Source of the DNA: an uncultured Candidatus Saccharibacteria bacterium
Lineage (GTDB): Bacteria > Patescibacteriota > Minisyncoccia > Phycocordibacterales > WO2-35-19
Length of the DNA stretch: 57,309 nt
NCBI GenBank assembly: GCA_964365465.1
Contig: CAYIPT010000001.1
Span: forward strand, 1 to 57,309
Direction of reading: 5' to 3'
Shown: in pieces, positions 38,607 through 47,158 of the stretch
How the letters are laid out: every line of letters starts with the position of its first letter
Position numbering within the stretch: the first letter of the stretch is position 1
The notes under the pieces: model-generated
Databases searched by the model: none
The model's input: the letters and a program-made list of their open reading frames with translations, nothing else
Told to the model about the DNA's origin: nothing
Program-made: the position numbers and the translations under genes

Positions 38607-40163
38607 TTATTTTCTGTTAAATATAAAAAATTTATAAAGAATGAAATTCTGAATCATTACGAAGAAGCCGGCGATTATTTGGGAAAATATATACCATATC
38701 CCCAAAACATCCACGCAAACAAACATTAGTGCGGTGTTGGTTATCGTTCCCAAAACGGCGGCTATAGAGAACCTTGAAAATTGGCGATGCATCTTGCCGA
38801 CCTTCATATCCCTGAAGACCACAAATTTTTGCAAGGTGAAGCTCACAATAAGAGAAACTAAGAAAGCTAATGTGGAAGAATACAGGTACCAAATGCCAGC
38901 GATATCGGTAAAAAGGTAAAGTGTAATTAGATTAACAGCCGTTGCTGTAATACCGCAAAAAAAGTATCGCAGAGTAATGAAAGAATTCCAGACCATAATC
39001 TTAAAATTAAATGCTCTTGACATGAAATTTCTTTTTTTGAAATTATCGGCTGTTTTTTTGATGGAATCAGCATATTTTTCAAAATAATTTTCGTGCGGCT
39101 TAAAATGATTGCTTGCGGCTGTTTTTGCGGATTCCCCTATTTTTCGCGCCAAGTTTTCGTTTTCGTAAATTTTTATGATGTTTTGGGCGAAACAGTCCGT
39201 ATCTTTGGCGTCGCAGACCATGGCCGATTCGTTATTTTCAAAAACATCTCCAACCAAACCGGTATCAGACAAAATAAGGGGCAGCCCGCAGGAAGCGGCT
39301 TCAACCATGGACATGCCGTATCCCTCATATAAAGAAGTTGAGATGTAAATATCAGCTTCCTCATAATACTTATTCAAATCGCTTTGCCAGCCAACAAAAT
39401 ATATTTTAGATTTAAGATTCAAGATTTCAGATAATTTTTCAAGATTTTTTCTTTCGCCGCCATCACCAACAATAGTAAAAGTCATTTCAGGAAATCTTTC
39501 AGACACAATTTTGAATGTTTTTATGGCGGTCTCTATATTTTTTTCTTTTTCTAATCTGCACACTGTTAAAATATTTTTTGTCTTAGATTTTTCTGTTTCG
39601 GATTTCGGATTTCGGATTTCGGATTTTTTAACAATTATAGGCAAAACATCAATATTTTTAGAAAATTTTTCAATTGACCGTTTGACTCTTTCCGAAACGA
39701 CTCTTACTCTATCCGAATATTTGAGCACAAATTCAGCAATCATGATACGTATCCGATTCAACCGATAAACTCTGGTAAAATATTTGGCCATAAAATCCGT
39801 GTGTATCTGTATGTGAAGGGGTAGACCAAAAAAAAGTTTGGCTATTGCCCCGATTAATCCGGTTTCAAAAGGGTCCTGCGCCGTTATCACGCAATTTTCA
39901 ATTTTTAATTTAAAATTTTTAATTAATTTTTTAATGATTAAAAGAGAGTTAAATATATAAAAAAGCTTGCTTCTGGAATTAGTTGGGTAAACAAAAATAT
40001 TATCTGCAATTTTCGTAACTCGTAACTCGTGCTTCGTATCTCGCTTATTAAATACTACGATATGAACTTCTTCAAAAAACTTCCCATATTCAATCTGTCT
40101 CTGCCGAACTGCCGAGTTTTCTTCAAAAAGCTTTCTGTCCGAACCTATAGAAATTACTTTCAT
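38607..40163 (-). CDS. GT4 glycosyltransferase fused to a C-terminal GtrA-like 4-TM domain
   Basis: GT4 part: GYGMSMVEAASCGLPLILSDTG. The C-terminal ~130 aa has the GtrA pattern (FFCGITATAVNLITLYLFTD, SFTLQKFVVF, FILYKFFIF). Confidence 0.75.
   Translation of the reverse strand: MKVISIGSDRKLFEENSAVRQRQIEYGKFFEEVHIVVFNKRDTKHELRVTKIADNIFVYPTNSRSKLFYIFNSLLIIKKLIKNFKLKIENCVITAQDPFETGLIGAIAKLFFGLPLHIQIHTDFMAKYFTRVYRLNRIRIMIAEFVLKYSDRVRVVSERVKRSIEKFSKNIDVLPIIVKKSEIRNPKSETEKSKTKNILTVCRLEKEKNIETAIKTFKIVSERFPEMTFTIVGDGGERKNLEKLSEILNLKSKIYFVGWQSDLNKYYEEADIYISTSLYEGYGMSMVEAASCGLPLILSDTGLVGDVFENNESAMVCDAKDTDCFAQNIIKIYENENLARKIGESAKTAASNHFKPHENYFEKYADSIKKTADNFKKRNFMSRAFNFKIMVWNSFITLRYFFCGITATAVNLITLYLFTDIAGIWYLYSSTLAFLVSLIVSFTLQKFVVFRDMKVGKMHRQFSRFSIAAVLGTITNTALMFVCVDVLGIWYIFSQIIAGFFVMIQNFILYKFFIFNRK
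39594..39628. repeat. Tandem 7-bp repeat within gene 38607..40163
   Basis: tgtttcg gatttcg gatttcg gatttcg gattttt. Encodes KKSEIRNPKSE in the inter-domain region of the GT4 part. Confidence 0.85.
40014..40043. repeat. Degenerate tandem 7-bp repeat within gene 38607..40163
   Basis: cgtaact cgtaact cgtgctt cgtatct cg. Confidence 0.7.
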
Positions 40164-41176
40164 TTTTTTATATTTGAAGTTTGAATAAATTCTTCAGCAA
40201 TATCTCCCCAGTTATGTACGAAATTAAAATTCCTGACTTTTTCTTTTGCCTCGGCATAACCTTCCTCAGTCAATAAATTTGAAACGGCTTCTTTTATTTC
40301 TTCTCCATTCAGGGGATCAACAAATACCCCCGCTTCTTTTATTCTCTCATAAATACCAACTTCTTTGGTGCAAATGAACGGGCGTCCGCATCTTATGGCG
40401 TCTAAAATTATGTTCGGGCTTACCTCTGATACCGAGACGGTTATAACACAGAAGCATTTTTTCATTTTCTCCATAAAATCGTTGTAAGGCAAACGCCCAT
40501 CAAACAAGAAAATCCCGTTTTGGCTTCTTTTTATTTCTTCAAAAATTTCACGAAGCGTTTTTGAATTTTTTACAACCAAATTTCTCGAAGAAGAAATGAA
40601 AATTTTCGATTCGTAATCCATATCTGATTCTTTTGGTCCGTAATAATTTTCAACTATGCGGGTTTTTTCTATATTAAGTTTATAAGCTTTTAAAAAAATA
40701 TCTCTCTGCCATTCGGTAGAAAAAATTATTTTTGAGGCATTCCTCAGAGTCCATTTTGTAACCAAGAAAATTATTTTTTCTTTCAAAGAAAAATTTATTT
40801 TTTCTGTTTGATAAAAACCTTTCAATAAAACTTTCCTTTTGTGCCTTTCGCAATATTGTTCCCACAAAAAATCACCCCCTGTTCGGATAACGCATTTTCG
40901 AAAAAATAATTTGGAAGCAAAAACGGTTGGGAAACCCGTCCCATATGTGTCCAAAGCAAAAATCATATTGGCTTTAAGCAAACTTGGAATTATTTTGAAA
41001 AAGAAAAAAATATGCCTCAAGCCGGTAGGTATATGATTTTCAATGGAAAAAGTTTTTATTGAAACTTCATGCCCCATTTTTTCAAACGCCTCTTTTAAAT
41101 TTTTGGCATATTGGGCCGGGCCTCCTATTTTGGGCGGATATATGCCTGTTGCTATGAGTATTTTTTTATTATTCAT
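40160..41176 (-). CDS. GT4-like (GT-B) glycosyltransferase
   Basis: N-terminal ILIATGIYPPKIGGPAQY and C-terminal SPNIILDAIRCGRPFI. Confidence 0.7.
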   Translation of the reverse strand: MNNKKILIATGIYPPKIGGPAQYAKNLKEAFEKMGHEVSIKTFSIENHIPTGLRHIFFFFKIIPSLLKANMIFALDTYGTGFPTVFASKLFFRKCVIRTGGDFLWEQYCERHKRKVLLKGFYQTEKINFSLKEKIIFLVTKWTLRNASKIIFSTEWQRDIFLKAYKLNIEKTRIVENYYGPKESDMDYESKIFISSSRNLVVKNSKTLREIFEEIKRSQNGIFLFDGRLPYNDFMEKMKKCFCVITVSVSEVSPNIILDAIRCGRPFICTKEVGIYERIKEAGVFVDPLNGEEIKEAVSNLLTEEGYAEAKEKVRNFNFVHNWGDIAEEFIQTSNIKK

Positions 41177-41393
41177 TTAATTTAATGGCCATGACCGGGC
41201 AGCCTTCAACGGCTTCTTTTACTTTTTTTAATTGCTCGGCAGATAATTCGACCGATATAGAATCAACCAAATTTTCTTCTTTTTTTATTTTACCCTTAAA
41301 ATGTTTTTCATCAAATTTAAACAGCTCGGGAACGCAGCTCTCGCAAAAACTACAGCCGATGCATTCTTTTTGATTGATTGATATTTTTACCAT
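41169..41393 (-). CDS. Small single-cluster ferredoxin
   Basis: CIGCSFCESCVP plus a distal GCPVMAI. 74 aa, embedded in the glycosyltransferase operon with an 8-nt overlap. Confidence 0.75.
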   Translation of the reverse strand: MVKISINQKECIGCSFCESCVPELFKFDEKHFKGKIKKEENLVDSISVELSAEQLKKVKEAVEGCPVMAIKLNE

Positions 41394-41398
41394 ATTTA

Positions 41399-42568
41399 TT
41401 ATTTTATATTTTTAAAAACCGTTTCCATTTTTTTGGCAATCAGGTTCCAATCATATTTTTCTCTGGTTAATTTTTTGGCATTTTCTACAATTTTAGAGAC
41501 AAGATCAGGATTATTTATATACTCCATTACTTTTTTTGCAATGCTTTCCGGGTCGTTCACATTACAGAAAAGGCCTGTTTCCTCGTCTTTCAAAAAATCT
41601 ACTATCCCCCCAACAGGAGTTCCGATTATGGGAATGCCAGCGGCCATGGCTTCTACAAAAGAATTGCCCATACCTTCAGAAAGAGATGGGCGAATAAAAA
41701 TATCGCACACTTTCAAATATTTTGGCATCTCATTATGAGAAACACAACCTTTGAAGATTACTTTGTCTGAAACTTTTAGATTTTTAGTTAATTCTTTTAA
41801 TTTTTCCTCCAATTCACCTCCACCTAAAATTAAAAATTTAATATTTTCAGGCAGTTTTGGTAAGGCCTTTATCACATCTCCTACTCCATTCTTTTCTGTT
41901 AATCTAGAAGTTGTGATAAGAATAATATCGTTTTTTTCTAGATTTAAATCTTTTCTGATTTTTTCTTTTTCTTCTTTATTTAATTCAATATTAAATTTAT
42001 CTATATCAGCCCCATTTGGAATTACTTCAATCTTGCCTTCATATCCAAATTTTTTAGCCCGTTCTGCAAGATATGAACTAATAACAGTCAAAATTTTTGT
42101 ATTTTTAAGCGCTAACCGCCAAGATAAATTTATAAGCCCAAACCAGCGATTTTTGAAATGCTCTTCCGAATCCCCTTCTTGCAGAGTTAAAATTACGGGC
42201 ATCGGTTTCCAAAAACGGATTATGTTTGCAATGTAAGCGGCACCACTTGCAAATGTGACCATCACACACCAGTAATAACCGTAGTTATTTTTTGAATTCA
42301 AATGAAGAGCATAAAAAGCTCCCCAAAAAGGCAAAATTAATTTATCTAAAATAGAAATGCCAAAACCTAAACGATAAACATTAACATTCCCAATCCTCTC
42401 CGACCTGTCAAAGGTTCCCTTTGACACTTTACTATCCAGGCGTGCCGTGATCAAATCAAACTGAATATCAGAAATTCTGTCTGTAATTTCTTTAATTGCC
42501 ACTTCTGCTCCTCCCACAAATGGATAGTATGCGGTTGAAAATATGAGTATTTTTTTGGTTTTTTCCAC
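41399..42568 (-). CDS. GT4 (GT-B) glycosyltransferase
   Basis: YPFVGGAEV and GMGNSFVEAMAAGIPIIGTPVGG. Confidence 0.8.
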   Translation of the reverse strand: MEKTKKILIFSTAYYPFVGGAEVAIKEITDRISDIQFDLITARLDSKVSKGTFDRSERIGNVNVYRLGFGISILDKLILPFWGAFYALHLNSKNNYGYYWCVMVTFASGAAYIANIIRFWKPMPVILTLQEGDSEEHFKNRWFGLINLSWRLALKNTKILTVISSYLAERAKKFGYEGKIEVIPNGADIDKFNIELNKEEKEKIRKDLNLEKNDIILITTSRLTEKNGVGDVIKALPKLPENIKFLILGGGELEEKLKELTKNLKVSDKVIFKGCVSHNEMPKYLKVCDIFIRPSLSEGMGNSFVEAMAAGIPIIGTPVGGIVDFLKDEETGLFCNVNDPESIAKKVMEYINNPDLVSKIVENAKKLTREKYDWNLIAKKMETVFKNIK

Positions 42569-42588
42569 TTCCGAACTATACCAAAAAT

Positions 42589-44304
42589 TTACTCTCCTTT
42601 CAATATTTTCCTAAGAACTTCTTCTGGTACTTCTTTTACTTTTTCCCCTTTTTTTACTTCTTTCTTTTCTTCCCTAGCTACTAGCTGTTGACTACTGGCT
42701 GCTTTATTTATCGCCTCCCTCAGCGCATTTTTGTGTTCTGGTGTTGGTTCTTTGTTCTTATTTTTTTCTTCATGTTTCAATTCTTGCAACGATATTGCTT
42801 CCTTTTTTTGCTCCGGTATTTTATTTTCTATTTTTACTTCAGTTGCCTTTCTTATTACCTCCGCCAATGAGTTGCTTTTGGAAATTTCCGGTGATATTTT
42901 TGGTTTTAAGTGTTCAAATTTTTGCTCTTTTTTTGTTTCTAAAGGTTTATCTTTTTTTAATTCCGGTTTTTCTTTTCTTAATTCATAATTCATACTTCTT
43001 AATTCATTTTTCTTTTCTGACTCATGCCATTCTTTAATCGCACTCTCAACTTTCGCTTTTGGCTGAGCATAGGTTCTGCGTGACATTTCCATCGTCTTGT
43101 CTCTGAAAGAAATTTCCGGTCTAGGAAATGGCGGCAAAGTGGTGGCCGAAAATGGCTGGGAAGCCACTCCGTCTATCATAAGCTTCAAATAAATTTGGAC
43201 AAATCCCAAGTTGACAATATCTTCCATTGTAAATACCGGCGCAAATTCCTTTTCCAAGACCTCAGCATCATAAGAACCGACTCTGAAAGTAATCATTGTG
43301 CCAACATTGCCAAAAACAGCCGCCCGCACTTCTTCAGCCATTTGTTCTATGTATTGATGTGTGATATTAAGAGAAAGTTTATACTTGCGAGCTTCGGATA
43401 AAATATCGGCAAAACTTTTATTGGCAAATGACTGAAATTCATCCACATACAAATAAAAATTAGGCAGTTTATTAAGCTCTTTGGGGTCGGCGTCGGCTCG
43501 AGACATGGCCGCCAAATATATTTTGGTGACCAGCATTGCCCCCAAAAGATTGGCATTGCCTTCGCCTACCAGTCCCTTGGACAGATTGACTATCAAAATT
43601 TTCTTTTCGTCCATTATTTTCCTGACATCAAAAGACGACTTGGGTTGGCCGACAATATTTCTAATGAGGGGGTTGGAAACAAATTGGCCGACTTTGTTTT
43701 GGATGGCCGGAGTGGCTTCAGCCGCGTATTTATCCGTATATTTGGCAAATTCTTCCGTCCAAAACGCTTTGGTAGTCGGGTCTTTTACATTATCCACAAC
43801 TTTTTTGCGATACTCTTTATCAATCAACATTCTATTTATCCCAAGCAAAGTCGCTCCCGGATATTCAAGCAAAGCCGCCAGAGTATTTTGCAAAATGTAA
43901 GCCATTCTGGCCGACCACTGGTCTTCCCAAATTTTTTCAAAGGCGCTCATCAACCCGGAAACAACCAGGTGTCGCCTATTGGGTCCGACATCCTCCATTA
44001 CATTAAATGAAACGGGAAATTCGGTGTCAAACGGAGCAAAGTAAATTACATCTTTGATGCGATGCTCCGGAATATAATCAAGCAGCATATCGGCTGTCTT
44101 GCCGTGCGGGTCCAAAAAGGCCATGCCCTCGCCATTTTGAATATCCTGAATAGCCATATTTTCCAGCATGGTTGATTTTCCCATGCCCGTTTTTCCAATA
44201 GAATAAATATGCCTCAATCTATCCTCGTCTTTAATGCCAAACTTGACTCGCTTATTGCGCGCGTCCGTCTCGGCAAAATAAGTGATTTTTTCTTTCTCGT
44301 CCAT
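42589..44304 (-). CDS. TraD/VirD4-like (type IV coupling protein/HerA-FtsK-type) P-loop ATPase with a Lys/Glu-rich tail
   Basis: Walker A IGKTGMGKST and Walker B-like FYLYVDEFQSF, with no N-terminal TM segment. The C-terminal ~170 aa is low-complexity and K/E-rich. TATAAT lies 7 nt before the ATG. Confidence 0.65.
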   Translation of the reverse strand: MDEKEKITYFAETDARNKRVKFGIKDEDRLRHIYSIGKTGMGKSTMLENMAIQDIQNGEGMAFLDPHGKTADMLLDYIPEHRIKDVIYFAPFDTEFPVSFNVMEDVGPNRRHLVVSGLMSAFEKIWEDQWSARMAYILQNTLAALLEYPGATLLGINRMLIDKEYRKKVVDNVKDPTTKAFWTEEFAKYTDKYAAEATPAIQNKVGQFVSNPLIRNIVGQPKSSFDVRKIMDEKKILIVNLSKGLVGEGNANLLGAMLVTKIYLAAMSRADADPKELNKLPNFYLYVDEFQSFANKSFADILSEARKYKLSLNITHQYIEQMAEEVRAAVFGNVGTMITFRVGSYDAEVLEKEFAPVFTMEDIVNLGFVQIYLKLMIDGVASQPFSATTLPPFPRPEISFRDKTMEMSRRTYAQPKAKVESAIKEWHESEKKNELRSMNYELRKEKPELKKDKPLETKKEQKFEHLKPKISPEISKSNSLAEVIRKATEVKIENKIPEQKKEAISLQELKHEEKNKNKEPTPEHKNALREAINKAASSQQLVAREEKKEVKKGEKVKEVPEEVLRKILKGE

Positions 44305-44318
44305 TTCATTTATTATAA

Positions 44319-44400
44319 CTCACCCTACCCTCTCTTACTACAAGAGAGGGTTCCAAGGCCCCCTTTTCTTGTTATAAGAGAAGGGGGTTGGGGGATGAGT
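44319..44400. repeat. GC-rich hairpin element, copy E3 (two tandem hairpins)
   Basis: Hairpin 1: ccctctctt (44328-44336) with aagagaggg (44342-44350). Hairpin 2: cccccttttctt (44359-44370) with aagagaaggggg (44376-44387). The tail ttgggggatgagt matches its counterpart in E4. Imperfect outer inverted repeat actcaccc/gggatgagt. The last bases supply the stop codon of the 44400..45557 gene. Confidence 0.75.
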
Positions 44401-45557
44401 TATTTATTCAGCAAAGCTTCCCTTGTATATGTATTCCCTGGGTCCCACAGCATCCATGAGGTTAAGCCGGCGTCGTAGGTGGCTTGGATTTGTTTGCGCA
44501 CCATATCGGCCGTGTAGTGTATTGGGTAATCATTGTCTTGAAGCCAGGGCCTTAGTTGGGTCGGTTTTATTCTTTTTAATAAAAGTGAATTAGGGCTAGA
44601 AGAAGCAATTTCTTTATAAAGAAAATTATTTCTTGCCACGGCCGCGCTCATGCTGAATTTAACAATTTCATACGGCACTTTATTGGGATCGGGCCAGCCG
44701 TTAAATGCAGGCGGATAATGCGAAGGATAGACCATCGGCGAGACGTAATCAAAATTCATAAGAGCGTATTCCAAAATTTGTCCAATATTGAGGTCATCGG
44801 AATTGGTGGCGGTCATGCCAAATAAATCAGCCGAAGTGACAATGCCCGTTCCGGCAAGTTTAGAGTCCAAATACTCAAAAAACTTTTTTAACATTTCTTT
44901 TTTGGTTGTAGTCCCAGTATGAGCAAAATAAATATCTTTCATATCGCCATCAGAAGGAAAACGTATATAATCAAAATTAATTTCATCAAATCCAATAGCG
45001 TAAGAAGAAGTAGCAATGGAAATTATATAATCCCAAAAGGGTCTGGCTCCGGGGTCTATGAAAGAGATGCCTTTTTTGTCTTTCCAAACCGCATTTTTAT
45101 CGCTCATTTTTTTGACCGCCAATTCCGGGTACAGCTTGACATAAAGAGGGTCTTGAAAAACCGTCACCCGGCCAATAACATAAATATTTTTATTATGAAG
45201 TCGTTCTACAAAATTCTGCATATCAGAAACTTGGCAACCAGGACCACTTCCAAAAAAAGAAACTGTGCCTGTATAGTCCTTTATGTCTATAATTACAGAA
45301 TTTAGTTCGGTCTCATCAATTAATTTCACTAATTTATCCCTAAAGCTCGGCATGCCAGCGACGCATTGGGTCATATAAATTCCTTTTAGCGGTTCGGGGG
45401 TCTTTAAATGTTTTATTTCTTTTTTTACCGCAATGCTTGTGGTGGCAGCCAAAGACCTGTCATAAGAAAGTTCAGAAGAAAAAGTGAAAGAATAAATAAA
45501 AAAAATTAGGGCGGTACCGCCGATGCTTGCGCTTAAAATTCTGCCAATTTTTTTCAT
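44400..45557 (-). CDS. Putative secreted TIM-barrel glycoside hydrolase-like protein (DUF4015-like)
   Basis: N-terminal signal/anchor. GIYMT, VIIDIKDYTG, VIGRVTVFQD and GFDEINFDYIRFP resemble the DUF4015 putative glycosyl hydrolase family. Confidence 0.5.
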   Translation of the reverse strand: MKKIGRILSASIGGTALIFFIYSFTFSSELSYDRSLAATTSIAVKKEIKHLKTPEPLKGIYMTQCVAGMPSFRDKLVKLIDETELNSVIIDIKDYTGTVSFFGSGPGCQVSDMQNFVERLHNKNIYVIGRVTVFQDPLYVKLYPELAVKKMSDKNAVWKDKKGISFIDPGARPFWDYIISIATSSYAIGFDEINFDYIRFPSDGDMKDIYFAHTGTTTKKEMLKKFFEYLDSKLAGTGIVTSADLFGMTATNSDDLNIGQILEYALMNFDYVSPMVYPSHYPPAFNGWPDPNKVPYEIVKFSMSAAVARNNFLYKEIASSSPNSLLLKRIKPTQLRPWLQDNDYPIHYTADMVRKQIQATYDAGLTSWMLWDPGNTYTREALLNK

Positions 45558-45574
45558 TTTATAACCCCCTAAAT

Positions 45575-45654
45575 CCCCCTTAATTTAAGGGGGAATTTAA
45601 GGAATTTTCTGACTCCCCTTCTCTTAAATTAAGAGAAGGGGTTGGGGGATGAGT
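45575..45654. repeat. GC-rich hairpin element, copy E4
   Basis: Hairpin 1: cccccttaa-t-ttaaggggg (45575-45593). Hairpin 2: a perfect 11-bp stem, ccccttctctt (45615-45625) with aagagaagggg (45631-45641). aagagaagggg...ttgggggatgagttattt is shared with E3, differing by one extra g in E3. Confidence 0.8.
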
Positions 45655-45831
45655 TATTTTTCTTTTTGACTTTGTTTGCAATTTTCTGAGAATAGTCGGG
45701 CCCAAAGAAACCAATATCAAAAATATTCCTGAAATAAAAACCAGAGTGTCCCGCCAAACTATGGGCACGCCAAGGAGAGGAATAATAACGAGCCAAACTC
45801 CAAACGAAATATAAAAATTATTTTTGCGCAT
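45580..45831 (-). CDS. Small two-TM membrane protein whose C-terminal ~25 codons run through repeat E4
   Basis: Two hydrophobic helices, then the tail THPPTPSLNLREGESENSLNSPLN encoded by the repeat. TAATAT lies 6 nt before the ATG. Confidence 0.5.
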   Translation of the reverse strand: MRKNNFYISFGVWLVIIPLLGVPIVWRDTLVFISGIFLILVSLGPTILRKLQTKSKRKITHPPTPSLNLREGESENSLNSPLN

Positions 45832-45850
45832 GCAGATATATTAGCATAAA

Positions 45851-45910
45851 AATTTTTGAAATGGTAAAACCCCGTTAGATAGGCTCGGAAGAGTCCGTTA
45901 TCTAACGGGG
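45851..45910 (-). terminator. Rho-independent terminator for 45946..47076
   Basis: A perfect 12-bp stem, ccccgttagata (45870-45881) with tatctaacgggg (45899-45910). It is followed on the minus strand by TTTTACCATTTCAAAAATT and on the plus strand by tttgttttg, so it may act in both directions. Confidence 0.7.
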
Positions 45911-45945
45911 TTTGTTTTGCGGGCGTTTACAAAGCCCAAAGAGCA

Positions 45946-47076
45946 TTACTGAACTGCGGCGCCTTCACTAGCCATCATTAGCTGCGCGAATTCCATCTCG
46001 TAAGCGGGATCCAGTGGCGGCTTGCCACCGTTGAACCGCGCCAACTCATCGGGATCCGGCGCGGTGAGGGATTCCAACTTCTCGTCAGTCAGTTCAACCG
46101 GCCTGGCCGTTTCGGCCTGAACCGGAGGAACTTCCGAAGCCGGGGTCTCCGCCAAAACTTCGGCGGAAGCCGGCGCTGGCGGTTGAGAAGAAGCGTACTT
46201 CTTCAAAGGGATGGCAGTGCGAATGGTCTTCATGTCCGCCACCCTCTTTACTAACCAGTGATCGGCGGGGATGAATCCCAACTGCTTCATGCGATTGACC
46301 GCATGCGTGCAGTTGATTCTAAGGGTCTTGGCGTCGCGGCCAACTCTGGCGCAGGCTTCAAGGATAAAGCCAATGCGGTAAGCCGAGGACTTGTTCTCGT
46401 GCTCCTCGGCACGGATTTGGGCCACAAGCCCGATCAGGCCGTCTTGGTCCAGAAGGAGATGAGCAAGCTTCTCCTTGGGGCAACGCTCAATGAAAAGGGT
46501 CGCCCTTCCACCAGTGAAAAAGAGATTTTTCTTCATCTTCTCCACCGACAAATCCCAGTCGGACTCCTCGAATTCCGCCCCACGAAGAGCGTCCTCCAGA
46601 ACTTCGCGGCAGAGATTCCAATAATCCAAACCCTTGCCGTTTAGATCGCCGAGCACCTTGCGGAACCGGCCGATAACTGATTTGTCCTCGGGCTTCAGCG
46701 TCACCGCCACTTCGTTGAGTTTGGTGGCGAAATCTCCGACCGGCTTACCCCTCATCATCCTCTCCGGCCTGTCAGGCGGAAGATGTTTCGCCGGCACCGG
46801 TTGTGCCGACAAAATCGTTTCGGGCTTGATACCGGTCGGGGTCGGATCAACCACCTGTTTGGTGGGAACCGGCGCCACAACAACTGGAGACAGAGTGGAC
46901 TTGGGGGCCGTTCTTTTAGCAATCTCGAGCCAGAGGCTCGGGTCACCAGAGAGAACGATTTCAATCGCCTTCGCCCGGTCCCTCAAAGAGGCGTCCGGGT
47001 TGTCCAATACCGCGAGAATTTTCGCCTGATGGCGAAGTTTCTCGATCGCATTAAAAACCAGCTTCTGAATACTCAC
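45946..47076 (-). CDS. Hypothetical protein (376 aa), high GC, Pro/Ala-rich linkers
   Basis: A long ORF with a GTG start preceded by AGGAAA, its own promoter and its own terminator. No family recognised. Two sampled 60-nt lines gave roughly 47-62% GC, against roughly 27-40% in sampled glycan-locus lines. Confidence 0.7.
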   Translation of the reverse strand: MSIQKLVFNAIEKLRHQAKILAVLDNPDASLRDRAKAIEIVLSGDPSLWLEIAKRTAPKSTLSPVVVAPVPTKQVVDPTPTGIKPETILSAQPVPAKHLPPDRPERMMRGKPVGDFATKLNEVAVTLKPEDKSVIGRFRKVLGDLNGKGLDYWNLCREVLEDALRGAEFEESDWDLSVEKMKKNLFFTGGRATLFIERCPKEKLAHLLLDQDGLIGLVAQIRAEEHENKSSAYRIGFILEACARVGRDAKTLRINCTHAVNRMKQLGFIPADHWLVKRVADMKTIRTAIPLKKYASSQPPAPASAEVLAETPASEVPPVQAETARPVELTDEKLESLTAPDPDELARFNGGKPPLDPAYEMEFAQLMMASEGAAVQ

Positions 47077-47158
47077 CTGGGTTTCCTTTCTTTTTTGTTG
47101 TTACAAAGACCACACATGCATTCCGCGCTTGCGAAACACAAAAAATAACTCCACCTAT

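Noticed and set aside
42600-43060. Repetitive-looking DNA in the 3-prime part of the TraD-like gene.
   Set aside because: It reflects Lys/Glu-rich low-complexity coding (AAA/GAA runs), not a defined tandem repeat.
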